From Clostridia bacterium (GTDB taxonomy: Bacteria; Bacillota; Clostridia; UMGS1883): a DNA stretch of 50,633 bases. Under the pieces are notes generated by a model that ran no database searches, was not told the DNA's origin, and saw only the letters and a list, made by a program, of their open reading frames with translations. Made by a program: the position numbers and the translations under genes. How positions within the stretch are numbered: position 1 is the stretch's first letter; every line of letters starts with the position of its first letter. The stretch spans positions 1 through 50,633 of the forward strand of contig JAZODM010000022.1 in the NCBI GenBank assembly GCA_045596985.1, written 5' to 3'. Shown here piece after piece: positions 8,761 to 17,059 of this stretch.

Positions 8761-8794
8761 CCAAAAAACCTCGGAAAATTCCGAGGTTTTTTGG
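8761..8794. terminator. Bidirectional intrinsic terminator between convergent genes
   Basis: CCAAAAAACCTCGGAA-AA-TTCCGAGGTTTTTTGG perfect 16-bp inverted repeat. Confidence 0.85.
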
Positions 8795-8806
8795 CTATAT
8801 AAGGTA

Positions 8807-10045
8807 CTAGAAGTTTTGCAATAAGTATTTCTCTGCTTGAGCACACCACAGTCCGTTGTTTTCTTTAACGAGCTTGTCAAGAGCCTTAAATCTATCATCA
8901 GTTTCTCCAAGTTTTTCAAAGTCGGTGAGTGCTGTGAGAGGGAGTTCAATATGTGTATATATAAGCTTTTTGCCTCCCGGTATTTTTGGCAGATTAACGG
9001 TTGTGTCAATTGCTGTATCAATGCCGCCAATATGAGTTATCATAACAGAGGGATCAAGACGATTTTCGCCGATAAGGTCAACGATATCTCTCATGTCTTC
9101 GGGGGTGCTTCCGCTTGTTCCTGTAACGTGGTGCTGTGCATAATGAACATTATAAAAATTGAAGTTTGCACTGAATTTCTTATCAAGAGGTCCTGCAAAG
9201 AAGTTAAGAGAACCGTCAAATCCTAAAATAGAATCGCCAAGCTCAACAACTGCAGGAACAGGTGCGTATACAAACACATCATCAAAACCTGTACCGCCGG
9301 AAATATCCATAAGCTCGTCCTTGTCAGATGTTGCTGCAAACACAAGATCAATTCCATCTTCCTTTGCTTTTTCAGAAGGGAAGATAGAAGCGGCGCGCTC
9401 AAGTCTTGCCCGGTCAAGGTCTGTTACCACTACCATAGAGGGCTTGACATTTCCGTGAAGGGCAATATCAATGGCAACAAGTCCCATAGGACCGCAACCG
9501 GCAAGAATTGCAACCTTTCCGCCCGGCTTTATGCCGGTGACAGGGTTGTAGTTTTCATCAAGATGTAAACTTGCTTTGTATCCTCTTATAACGCAAGATG
9601 CAGGCTCAATAAGAGAACCATTAAAATAGGAATCGCTATTTAATTTTATTAAGAAATTGTTATCAAGGATGTGCTCATAAACAATAGAGTATGTAGAAAC
9701 CCCACCAATATCCTCAAAGGTATATCCTACAGTCTCATATCCTCCAAGATATGAAAGAACCGGCGGCATAACAACCTTATCGCCAACAGAAAATTTATTT
9801 TTCCATTTATCGCCGACTTCAACGACCTCTGCACAAAATTCGTGACCGAGGATAATCGGATGTTCTGCTACATTATCAGGAACTCTTATATGATTTTTGC
9901 CCTGCATAATTGTCTTGTGTGTTGACATACATACACTGTCAGAAATAATCTTAATCAGAAGTTCGCCTGATGTTATGGGACGAAGCTCAAATTCTTCCAA
10001 TCTTGCATCGTTGGCTCCGTAAAGACGGGCTGCTCTTGTTTTCAT
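8807..10045 (-). CDS. Zinc-binding MDR dehydrogenase, L-sorbose-1-phosphate reductase (SorE)-like
   Basis: RLYG, SDSVCMSTHK, PIILGHEF, AGCGPMGL, FFAGP, HIGG, IPGGKKLIYT; 412 aa. Confidence 0.8.
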   Translation of the reverse strand: MKTRAARLYGANDARLEEFELRPITSGELLIKIISDSVCMSTHKTIMQGKNHIRVPDNVAEHPIILGHEFCAEVVEVGDKWKNKFSVGDKVVMPPVLSYLGGYETVGYTFEDIGGVSTYSIVYEHILDNNFLIKLNSDSYFNGSLIEPASCVIRGYKASLHLDENYNPVTGIKPGGKVAILAGCGPMGLVAIDIALHGNVKPSMVVVTDLDRARLERAASIFPSEKAKEDGIDLVFAATSDKDELMDISGGTGFDDVFVYAPVPAVVELGDSILGFDGSLNFFAGPLDKKFSANFNFYNVHYAQHHVTGTSGSTPEDMRDIVDLIGENRLDPSVMITHIGGIDTAIDTTVNLPKIPGGKKLIYTHIELPLTALTDFEKLGETDDRFKALDKLVKENNGLWCAQAEKYLLQNF

Positions 10046-10054
10046 ATTATCACC

Positions 10055-10924
10055 TTATATCCTTCCTGCACTGCCAAATGTTCTGAGTTTCTCGCGCACA
10101 ACTTCCTTCATCATCTTCATGGCATCCTCATACACAAGGAAAGGCCAAGTTGAGGGATTTGTCATAGTGTTTAAATAATTCTTAAGTCCCTGATTAAGAG
10201 CATAAAGGACATCGGAATAAATGTTTATTTTTGTAATTCCGTGATGAATTGCGTTTTGCATCTGGTCATCGGGGGTTCCACTTCCACCGTGAAGTACAAG
10301 GGGTCTGTCGCATACAGCAGTTATTGCATCAAGTCTATCGATTCTAAGCTCGGGTGTCTTTTGATATACGCCGTGTGATGTGCCGATAGCAACCGCAAGG
10401 GCATCAACATCGGTAATTTCTACAAATTTTGCTACCTCCTCAGGGACGGTAAGACTTTCACCGGGGTCGGTGTCTTCACCTGTTTCACTGATGCTACCAA
10501 CACTTGCGTTACCGACATGTCCCAATTCAGCTTCAACTGTAATACCCTTTTTGTGCGCATATTCAGTAACAATGGCGGTGTTCTTTGCGTTTTCATCAAA
10601 GGAAAGTACCGAGCCGTCATACATAACAGAACTGTATCCGTTGTCGCAACCATATTTTATGAAGTCAATATCGGTTGCGTGGTCCATATGAAGACAAATG
10701 GGAATATTAAAATATTTGGAAGCACCTTCTATCATAGAGGAAAGAAGCTGAAGATTTCTACCTTGTGTATCTACGCCCAGCGTCATAAGAAGTGCGGGTG
10801 ATTTTTCCTCTTCGCAAGTTTCCAAAACAGCTTTCATCATTTCATAGTTGCTTACATCGAATGCAGGAATAGCATAATGGTTTTTCTTTGCATCTGCAAG
10901 CATTTCTTGCATGGTAACTAACAT
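10055..10924 (-). CDS. Class II fructose/tagatose-bisphosphate aldolase
   Basis: LHMDH, SVMYDGS, VEAELGHVG, LAVAIGTSHG, LVLHGGSG, KINI. Confidence 0.92.
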   Translation of the reverse strand: MLVTMQEMLADAKKNHYAIPAFDVSNYEMMKAVLETCEEEKSPALLMTLGVDTQGRNLQLLSSMIEGASKYFNIPICLHMDHATDIDFIKYGCDNGYSSVMYDGSVLSFDENAKNTAIVTEYAHKKGITVEAELGHVGNASVGSISETGEDTDPGESLTVPEEVAKFVEITDVDALAVAIGTSHGVYQKTPELRIDRLDAITAVCDRPLVLHGGSGTPDDQMQNAIHHGITKINIYSDVLYALNQGLKNYLNTMTNPSTWPFLVYEDAMKMMKEVVREKLRTFGSAGRI

Positions 10925-10956
10925 ATTTATCGCTCCTTCATTTAATCTATATATGA

Positions 10957-11031
10957 ATTATAACATCGCTTTTAACATTTGTCAAATACAAATGTTAAAA
11001 CGTTGACTTAAAAATCAATTGATGATATAAT
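10957..11031. promoter_or_regulatory. Divergent sigma-A promoters with a perfect palindromic operator
   Basis: Minus strand TTGACA(10985-10980)-N17-TATAAT(10962-10957); plus strand TTGACT(11003)-N17-TATAAT(11026); operator TTTTAACATTTGT-CAAAT-ACAAATGTTAAAA (10970-11000) covers the leftward -35. Confidence 0.8.
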
Positions 11032-11063
11032 AAAATCACAAAAACCAAGTAAAGGTGATTAAT

Positions 11064-12002
11064 ATGGAATTTCAGAAAAAACATATGCAGGAAGCGGCAA
11101 TTTTATATTATGAAAAAAAACACACTCAGAACGAAATTGCAAAAATAATGAATTTATCCCGCCAGACCGTTTCTAAATTATTAAATGATGCGGTGAAAGA
11201 AAAAATAGTGGAAATCAAAATCCACGATCCCGAAATCACTTGCACAGAACTTGAACAGGCGATTTGCGTTAAATTTGGAATTAAAAATGCAGTGATATGC
11301 GGTGTCAGTGCCGATGATAAATCGCTCTCCCTGTTGATGACTGTAAAAAAAGCAGCAAACTATATTCAATCTATTATAGAAAAAGGAAATCAGAAAATTG
11401 CCATTTCTTGGGGACGCACTATTCAGAGACTTATTTGTGAATTTAGTGATATAAATACTCCGGATAATATTGTTTTTCCGCTTTTTGGTGCAACAGACCA
11501 GGAGCAGGCATATTTTTTATCAAATGAACTGGCAAGAAGTTTTGCAGATAAAATAGGTGCAAAAGTAAAATATGCATGGTTTCCTTACCGACCTGACTCT
11601 ATTGATGATTGTAAACTTTTTAAAAATACTTCTTATTACAGAAAGCTTTACGATTTGTGGAGTGATATAGATGTTGCAATAATCGGCATAGGAAACAGTG
11701 AAATAATTCAAGCGTTTGGAAAGGTATTCGGATATAACGAAAAATGCACATCTGCGATAGGAGATATTTCTACGCATTTCTTTAATGCTGAGGGAAAATT
11801 TGTAGATATATATGAAAATACACTGTGTGCTTCAAAAGATAATTTAAAAAACGCAAAGCAAACAATCGCTATTGCATCCGGTAAAGATAAAACAGAGGCG
11901 ATAGTGGGTGCTCTGCGGACTCAAATTATTGATACATTAATTACCGATGAATATACTGCAAAAAGGATATTATCTTTTTCAAACAAAAGCAATAAACAGT
12001 AA
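11064..12002 (+). CDS. SorC/DeoR-family sugar-binding transcriptional regulator
   Basis: AAILYY...TQNEIAKIMNLSRQTVSKLL HTH; IAISWGRT, AIIGIG, AIGDI, LITDE sugar-binding domain; start ATG 11064 (GTG 11055 possible). Confidence 0.9.
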   Translation: MEFQKKHMQEAAILYYEKKHTQNEIAKIMNLSRQTVSKLLNDAVKEKIVEIKIHDPEITCTELEQAICVKFGIKNAVICGVSADDKSLSLLMTVKKAANYIQSIIEKGNQKIAISWGRTIQRLICEFSDINTPDNIVFPLFGATDQEQAYFLSNELARSFADKIGAKVKYAWFPYRPDSIDDCKLFKNTSYYRKLYDLWSDIDVAIIGIGNSEIIQAFGKVFGYNEKCTSAIGDISTHFFNAEGKFVDIYENTLCASKDNLKNAKQTIAIASGKDKTEAIVGALRTQIIDTLITDEYTAKRILSFSNKSNKQ

Positions 12003-12013
12003 CCGGCAATGTT

Positions 12014-12079
12014 GATTTTTTGGGTCTGAATTTGACATGAGCTTCACTTAAAAATTGGCTGCATCTAAACCTTATGTGT
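12014..12079 (+). repeat. Module-boundary repeat, copy 4
   Basis: GATTTTTTGGGTC-N5-TTGACATGAGC(12032-12042)-N18-GCATCTAAACCTTATGTGT(12061-12079). Confidence 0.85.
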
Positions 12080-12091
12080 TGTATTCAACAA

Positions 12092-12114
12092 AAAAAGGTG
12101 CATTTAAACCATAT
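12092..12114 (+). repeat. Decayed tandem copy of the repeat core
   Basis: AAAAAGG-TGCATTTAAACCATAT versus copy 1 AAAAAGGTT-TGCATCTAAACCTTAT (14/16 in core). Confidence 0.55.
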
Positions 12115-12206
12115 ATCCCTTATAAAATTTAAACTCAGCGATATAAATTCCTGAAGGAATTTGCGATATGTGCCTGCGGCATGCAGTATAAGAAAGGGGC
12201 AGCACT

Positions 12207-12722
12207 ATGAAAGCAAAAATCAGTGCACAGGCTTTTTACGAAAAGATTTATAATATCCTTGGCGATGTGACACCGCTTGAGATTGATTGCGGAGGGCTTT
12301 GTAATGGCGCATGCTGCGAGGTAACGGACGAAATTACGGGAATGTACCTTTTTCCGCAGGAGAATGTGATGTATGCTGATATGCCTGACTGGGGCAGGAT
12401 ATATGATATTGATTTTACATATGACGGCAAAAAGTGTGTTGACCTTTTTACCTGCACAGGGCAGTGCGAAAGGGAAAAACGACCGCTTTCGTGCAGAATA
12501 TTTCCGCTGACGCCGTATGCACACCGCGGCGCGAAACTTAAAATAATTATGGATGTGCGCGGCAGGGGAATGTGTCCGCTTGCAACTGCGATGAAGGTTG
12601 AGGATTTATCACCGCAGTTTGTAAAAAAGGTAACAGAGGCAATGACTCTCTGTATGCACGTTGAAGAAACGCGCGAATTTATATACGCACTTACAGAGGA
12701 ACTTGACAAGATTGTTTTATGA
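12207..12722 (+). CDS. Cys-cluster hypothetical protein (YkgJ/CxxCxxCC-like)
   Basis: DCGGLCNGACC, RPLSCRIFP, CPL motifs. Confidence 0.6.
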   Translation: MKAKISAQAFYEKIYNILGDVTPLEIDCGGLCNGACCEVTDEITGMYLFPQENVMYADMPDWGRIYDIDFTYDGKKCVDLFTCTGQCEREKRPLSCRIFPLTPYAHRGAKLKIIMDVRGRGMCPLATAMKVEDLSPQFVKKVTEAMTLCMHVEETREFIYALTEELDKIVL

Positions 12723-12736
12723 AAGAGAGGGAATTT

Positions 12737-13645
12737 ATGAGCAGTTGTTATTTTGCAATTATTGACCTTGGCTCCAATTCTGTCAGAATGAGCGTGAATG
12801 AGCTTGAGAAAAACGGTAACTGGCGCGTAGTTGAAAAGCTGCGCTGCACAGTGCGCCTGAGTGAAGGGATGAGTAGTGACAACTTCCTTAAAGAAGAACC
12901 GATGGCGCGCGTTATCGAAACGGTAAAGGCCTTTTGTGATAAGGCAAGGGAGTATAAATGTGTATCGATTGCCGCAATTGCCACCGCAGCACTGAGAAAT
13001 GCTGCGAATAAGGAGCTTTTCATTGCACGTGTGAAAAAGGCTGCAGGAATTGAGTTTGAGATTATAAGTGGTGAGGACGAGGCGTATTTCAGCTATCTTG
13101 CCGTGCGAGAAACAATAGGGATAAAGGACGGAGTGATTTTTGACACCGGCGGCGGCAGTACGGAAATTACCCTTGTTAAAAATTCCTGCGTTGTTCACAG
13201 TATAAGTTTGCCGCTGGGTGCAGTTGTGATGACAGAAAAAATGGCACACAAAAGCCAGATGCAGCTTTATAAATATGTTATGTCATATATAGGGGCGATA
13301 GATTGGCTTGATGAGTGCGAGTCGCTGCCCGTATACGGAATAGGCGGCAGTGCGCGCACAATGGCAACGCTTTATAAAAAGCGTGCAGTGGGGACAGATG
13401 AGCTTGACGGAATGAAAATTCCCTACGGTGCAGTTGCAAAAATTTACGAAAATATATATAATACCCCTGTGGAAAAACGAAAAGATATTAAAGGTATGGA
13501 TATTTCGCGTGCCGATATAATCCTCGCAGGAGTTACGCCTGCAAAGGTACTTATGGATATGATTGGAAGCCCGTGCGCATATATTTGCGCGTCAGGAGTA
13601 AAAGAGGGCGTATTTTTCAGAATGAAGGAAGAAATGCAAAAATGA
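12737..13645 (+). CDS. ppx: Ppx/GppA family exopolyphosphatase
   Basis: AIIDLGSNSVR, ATAALRNA, IISGEDEA, DTGGGSTE, GIGGSAR, RADII, GVKEG. Confidence 0.88.
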   Translation: MSSCYFAIIDLGSNSVRMSVNELEKNGNWRVVEKLRCTVRLSEGMSSDNFLKEEPMARVIETVKAFCDKAREYKCVSIAAIATAALRNAANKELFIARVKKAAGIEFEIISGEDEAYFSYLAVRETIGIKDGVIFDTGGGSTEITLVKNSCVVHSISLPLGAVVMTEKMAHKSQMQLYKYVMSYIGAIDWLDECESLPVYGIGGSARTMATLYKKRAVGTDELDGMKIPYGAVAKIYENIYNTPVEKRKDIKGMDISRADIILAGVTPAKVLMDMIGSPCAYICASGVKEGVFFRMKEEMQK

Positions 13646-14139
13646 GTTTGAATGTTGTATTAGTGGAGCCTGAAATTCCGCAGAACACCGGAAATATTGT
13701 GCGTACGTGTGCCGCAACGGGGGCAAGACTTCATATAGTAAAGCCGATGGGCTTTGAAATTGATGATAAAAAGTTAAAGAGGGCAGGTCTTGATTACTGG
13801 CACTTTCTCAATATTCAGTATTACGAAGGCTTAGATGACTTTTTTGAGAAAAACAAAGGTGGACGGTTTTTTTACCTTAGCTCCAAAGCGCCTGCATCGT
13901 ATACGGAGGTAGAATACCAGGATAATGATTTCCTGATGTTTGGAAAGGAAACGAAGGGCCTTCCCGAAAAGCTTTTGATTGATAATCCCGAGCGTGCAGT
14001 ACGTATACCGATGATAAGCAGTGCAAGATGTCTGAACCTTTCAAACAGTGTTGCAATCGTTGTTTATGAGGCACTGAGGCAGAATGAATTTAAGGCACTT
14101 ACTAAAGAATCAGATTATTTATATGGAATAATAGATTAA
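13642..14139 (+). CDS. trmL: tRNA (cytidine/uridine-34-2'-O)-methyltransferase
   Basis: VVLVEPEIPQNTGNIVRTC, KRAGLDYW, FGKETKGLP, RIPM...LNLSNSV; start ATG 13642. Confidence 0.93.
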   Translation: MSLNVVLVEPEIPQNTGNIVRTCAATGARLHIVKPMGFEIDDKKLKRAGLDYWHFLNIQYYEGLDDFFEKNKGGRFFYLSSKAPASYTEVEYQDNDFLMFGKETKGLPEKLLIDNPERAVRIPMISSARCLNLSNSVAIVVYEALRQNEFKALTKESDYLYGIID

Positions 14140-14184
14140 AAAAAGCAAATGACGAGAAAATGAATTCTCGCCATTTGCTTTTTT
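14139..14184. terminator. Bidirectional terminator
   Basis: AAAAAAGCAAATGACGAGAA...TTCTCGCCATTTGCTTTTTT stem between convergent genes. Confidence 0.7.
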
Positions 14185-14261
14185 AATTAAAACAATTAAA
14201 TTTTTCAGGGTATTGTTAAGAAAACTTTCTTCTTCATCGAGAGGATGGCAATACCATTCTC

Positions 14262-15632
14262 TTATAATACAACGCCATCTTTGAATATTGAGATTTCCTC
14301 GCACTTGTTGATTTCGTTTTTAGCCTGCTTCCCGTTTGCAATATCGATGCAGTAGTCAAGAAGTGCCTCTGTCGGGTCAATCCCGTCAAGGAGGGGACTT
14401 GCATCAAAGTCAATCCAGTTTGCCTTTTTTTCGGCAAGGGAATGATTTGTTGCAATCTTAATTGTGGGAACGGGTGCACCGAGCGGTGTTCCTCTGCCCG
14501 TAGTAAATAAAATCATATGTACACCGCACGCAGTAAGGTTTGTAACGGCAACAATGTCATTTCCCGGTCCGTTAAGGAGTGAAAGACCATTTTCCTTAAG
14601 CATATCACCGTAATCAAGAACGTCAACAACCTCTGAAAGACCGCCCTTCTGCACACAACCGAGTGACTTTTCCTCCAAGGTTGTGATACCGCCCGCCTTA
14701 TTTCCGGGGGAGGGATTTTCATATACAACCTGATTGTGACGGATGAAATACTGCTTGAAATTATTTATAAGAGAAACTGTTTTATCAAAAATTTCACGGT
14801 TTTTACAACGCTTCATCAAAAGGTGCTCCGCACCAAACATTTCAGGAACTTCTGTAAGAACGCAGGAGCCGCCCATTGAAATTAACAAATCTGAAAGTCT
14901 TCCTACAAGGGGGTTTGCGGTAATTCCGCTATAGCCGTCACTGCCGCCGCATTTAAGACCTATTTTAAGCTCTGAAATGCTGACAGGGGTACGGGGGATA
15001 AGAGCAGCCTTTTCCTGAAGCTCCTTTACAATTTTTATGCCGTCTTCAATTTCGTCACCAGAGTCCTGTGCGTTAAGAAACTTTACACGTTCATCATCCC
15101 ACTTGCCAAGAACTGTTTTAAACTGGTCAATATAATTATTTTCGCAACCAAGACCTAAAACAAGGACACCGCCTGCATTTGGATGGTTAACAAGACCTTT
15201 GAGTACAAGCTGAGTTGTAGAGTGGTCGTCGCCAAGCTGTGAACAACCGAAGGGATGCGTAAATGCCTTTGCACCTGTCTTTTCAGCAATAAGTTTTGCC
15301 TGACTGTTTACACAGCCAACTGTAGGGATAATCCATACATCGTTTCTTATTCCCACACTACCATCACTGCGTCTGTAACCCATAAAGGTACGGTCTGTCT
15401 GGATTTTATCCTTTTTAACCTCGCCCGGCTCATATGTGTATTCAAGCTCACCTGAAAGGTTTGTTTTCATATTGTGTGTATGAACGTGCTCGTCCTTTTT
15501 AATATCGCATATTGCGTGACCGATAGGCTGACCATATTTTATAATGTTTTCTCCGCTTTTAATGTCAAAGCGTGCGTATTTATGACCGTCTTCAAGATTT
15601 ACAATTACGTTATCAAGCTCATTTATTAACAT
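14262..15632 (-). CDS. uxaA: Altronate dehydratase (UxaA family)
   Basis: GHK...IIKYG...HVHTHN SAF domain; PTVGCVN, GCSQLGDD, GLGCENN, GLKCGGSDG, NPSPGNKAGG, FTTGRGTP. Confidence 0.92.
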   Translation of the reverse strand: MLINELDNVIVNLEDGHKYARFDIKSGENIIKYGQPIGHAICDIKKDEHVHTHNMKTNLSGELEYTYEPGEVKKDKIQTDRTFMGYRRSDGSVGIRNDVWIIPTVGCVNSQAKLIAEKTGAKAFTHPFGCSQLGDDHSTTQLVLKGLVNHPNAGGVLVLGLGCENNYIDQFKTVLGKWDDERVKFLNAQDSGDEIEDGIKIVKELQEKAALIPRTPVSISELKIGLKCGGSDGYSGITANPLVGRLSDLLISMGGSCVLTEVPEMFGAEHLLMKRCKNREIFDKTVSLINNFKQYFIRHNQVVYENPSPGNKAGGITTLEEKSLGCVQKGGLSEVVDVLDYGDMLKENGLSLLNGPGNDIVAVTNLTACGVHMILFTTGRGTPLGAPVPTIKIATNHSLAEKKANWIDFDASPLLDGIDPTEALLDYCIDIANGKQAKNEINKCEEISIFKDGVVL

Positions 15633-16887
15633 ACTTTTTTACCTCCTCGCAAAGATGGCTGAGGTCTTCGTCCCACAAGGAAGTGTTAGCAAGAATTTCC
15701 TCAACAGATGCATTCTTCATAAAATCGCAAACGTCTTTATCGTCGTTTGTCATATCAGTTCTGTAAAAATCAATAAGCTTTGCAAATGCAAAGATAAGTG
15801 TTTCGGGCATCTTGTCAAATCTCTTTATATATTCAAGGATTGACGGAAGAACACGCACCTTAAACTTACTTACAGAGTTAAGCGCAATTGATGAAAGATA
15901 GTGCTTTATGTAGGGGTTTGAAAAACGCGTGATTACGTTATCAGCATACTCTATAAGCTCCTCACGCGGGAGGTCAAGGGTGGGGATAATTTCATCATAC
16001 ACACATTTCTTTATGTGTGAAAGCATTTTTTCATCGTCAACGCAGGATTTAACAGTGTCAAAGCCCTCCAAAAGTGCGTACGGTACAAGAGAGGTGTGTG
16101 CGCCGTTAAGAATGCGCACCTTCCTTGTGCGGTACATTGCAAGGTTGTCAGTGATGATTACGTTAAGGTCGCATTTATCAAAGGGGATTTCACTGCAGAG
16201 GTTTTTGTAGCCGTCGATAACCCAAAGGTGGAAATATTCTGAAGTGTTGAGCATATTGTCATCGTAACCAAGGTCAATTTTTTCATCCCTGGGATAGCCT
16301 GTGTTAATTCTGTCAACAAGTGTGTTGCAGAATATATTTTCCTCTTTAACCCACTGAACAAAATCTTCGCCCAAATTCCAGAGCGTTGCATACTGAAGAA
16401 TAACATTTTTAAGGTTTTCACCATTCTTGTCAATAAGTTCGCACGGCAAAAAAACAAATCCGTTAAGACCAAGGTCGAAACGCTTTTTAAGGAGCTGCGT
16501 AACCTTTGCAGGGAAGGAAACGGGTGGTGCATCGGTTAATTTATCGTTTGCGTTAAAGCATATACCTGCCTCCGTAGTATTTGACACGATAAAGCGGAAA
16601 GAGGGGTTTTCTGCAAGTGCAAGGTAAGCGTTATAATCCTCATAAGGCTTTACACAGCGTGATATAACGTCAATTTTCCTTGTGTCAACACCCTCGCTGC
16701 CACGGCAGATGTGTGTGTATACACAGTTTTGAGCGGTGAGCATATCGCACATACCGTTTTCGATAGGCTGCACAACAACAACCTTGCCTGCAAAATCAGT
16801 CTTTTCATTTACAATCTGAAGCATCCAGTCAACAAAGCCGCGCAAAAATCCGCCTTCGCCGAACTGTATAATTTTTTCTGAATACAT
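15619..16887 (-). CDS. uxaB: Tagaturonate (altronate) reductase
   Basis: IIQFGEGGFLRGF, SNTTEAGI, SFPAK, PCELI, LVDRI, RKVRILNGAHT, RFSNPYI, IALNSVSK. Confidence 0.9.
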   Translation of the reverse strand: MYSEKIIQFGEGGFLRGFVDWMLQIVNEKTDFAGKVVVVQPIENGMCDMLTAQNCVYTHICRGSEGVDTRKIDVISRCVKPYEDYNAYLALAENPSFRFIVSNTTEAGICFNANDKLTDAPPVSFPAKVTQLLKKRFDLGLNGFVFLPCELIDKNGENLKNVILQYATLWNLGEDFVQWVKEENIFCNTLVDRINTGYPRDEKIDLGYDDNMLNTSEYFHLWVIDGYKNLCSEIPFDKCDLNVIITDNLAMYRTRKVRILNGAHTSLVPYALLEGFDTVKSCVDDEKMLSHIKKCVYDEIIPTLDLPREELIEYADNVITRFSNPYIKHYLSSIALNSVSKFKVRVLPSILEYIKRFDKMPETLIFAFAKLIDFYRTDMTNDDKDVCDFMKNASVEEILANTSLWDEDLSHLCEEVKKYVNK

Positions 16888-17059
16888 AGATACTACCTCC
16901 TTGTGATTTCTTAACTTGAGTATATGTCAAAATTTTTGCAATTTCAATCAAACTTTTGCTATTTTTGCGTAAAAATATCAATTTTTTGCTTGAAATATGT
17001 GCCTGTAACTGTTATATTAAAATCAGGAGATAAATTTCACACACGGGAGGGGGCAGACT

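Noticed and set aside
702-12114. Boundary repeats as a CRISPR array
   Set aside because: The intervals are 0.8-7 kb and contain whole genes; no cas genes are present.
1-12114. Prophage, ICE or IS element
   Set aside because: No integrase, transposase, relaxase, conjugation or phage structural genes are visible in the window.
12248-13249. 333-aa minus-strand ORF and other long antisense ORFs (e.g. 19176-20048, 8037-8630, 43474-44037)
   Set aside because: They are shadows of well-supported genes on the opposite strand and show no recognisable motifs.
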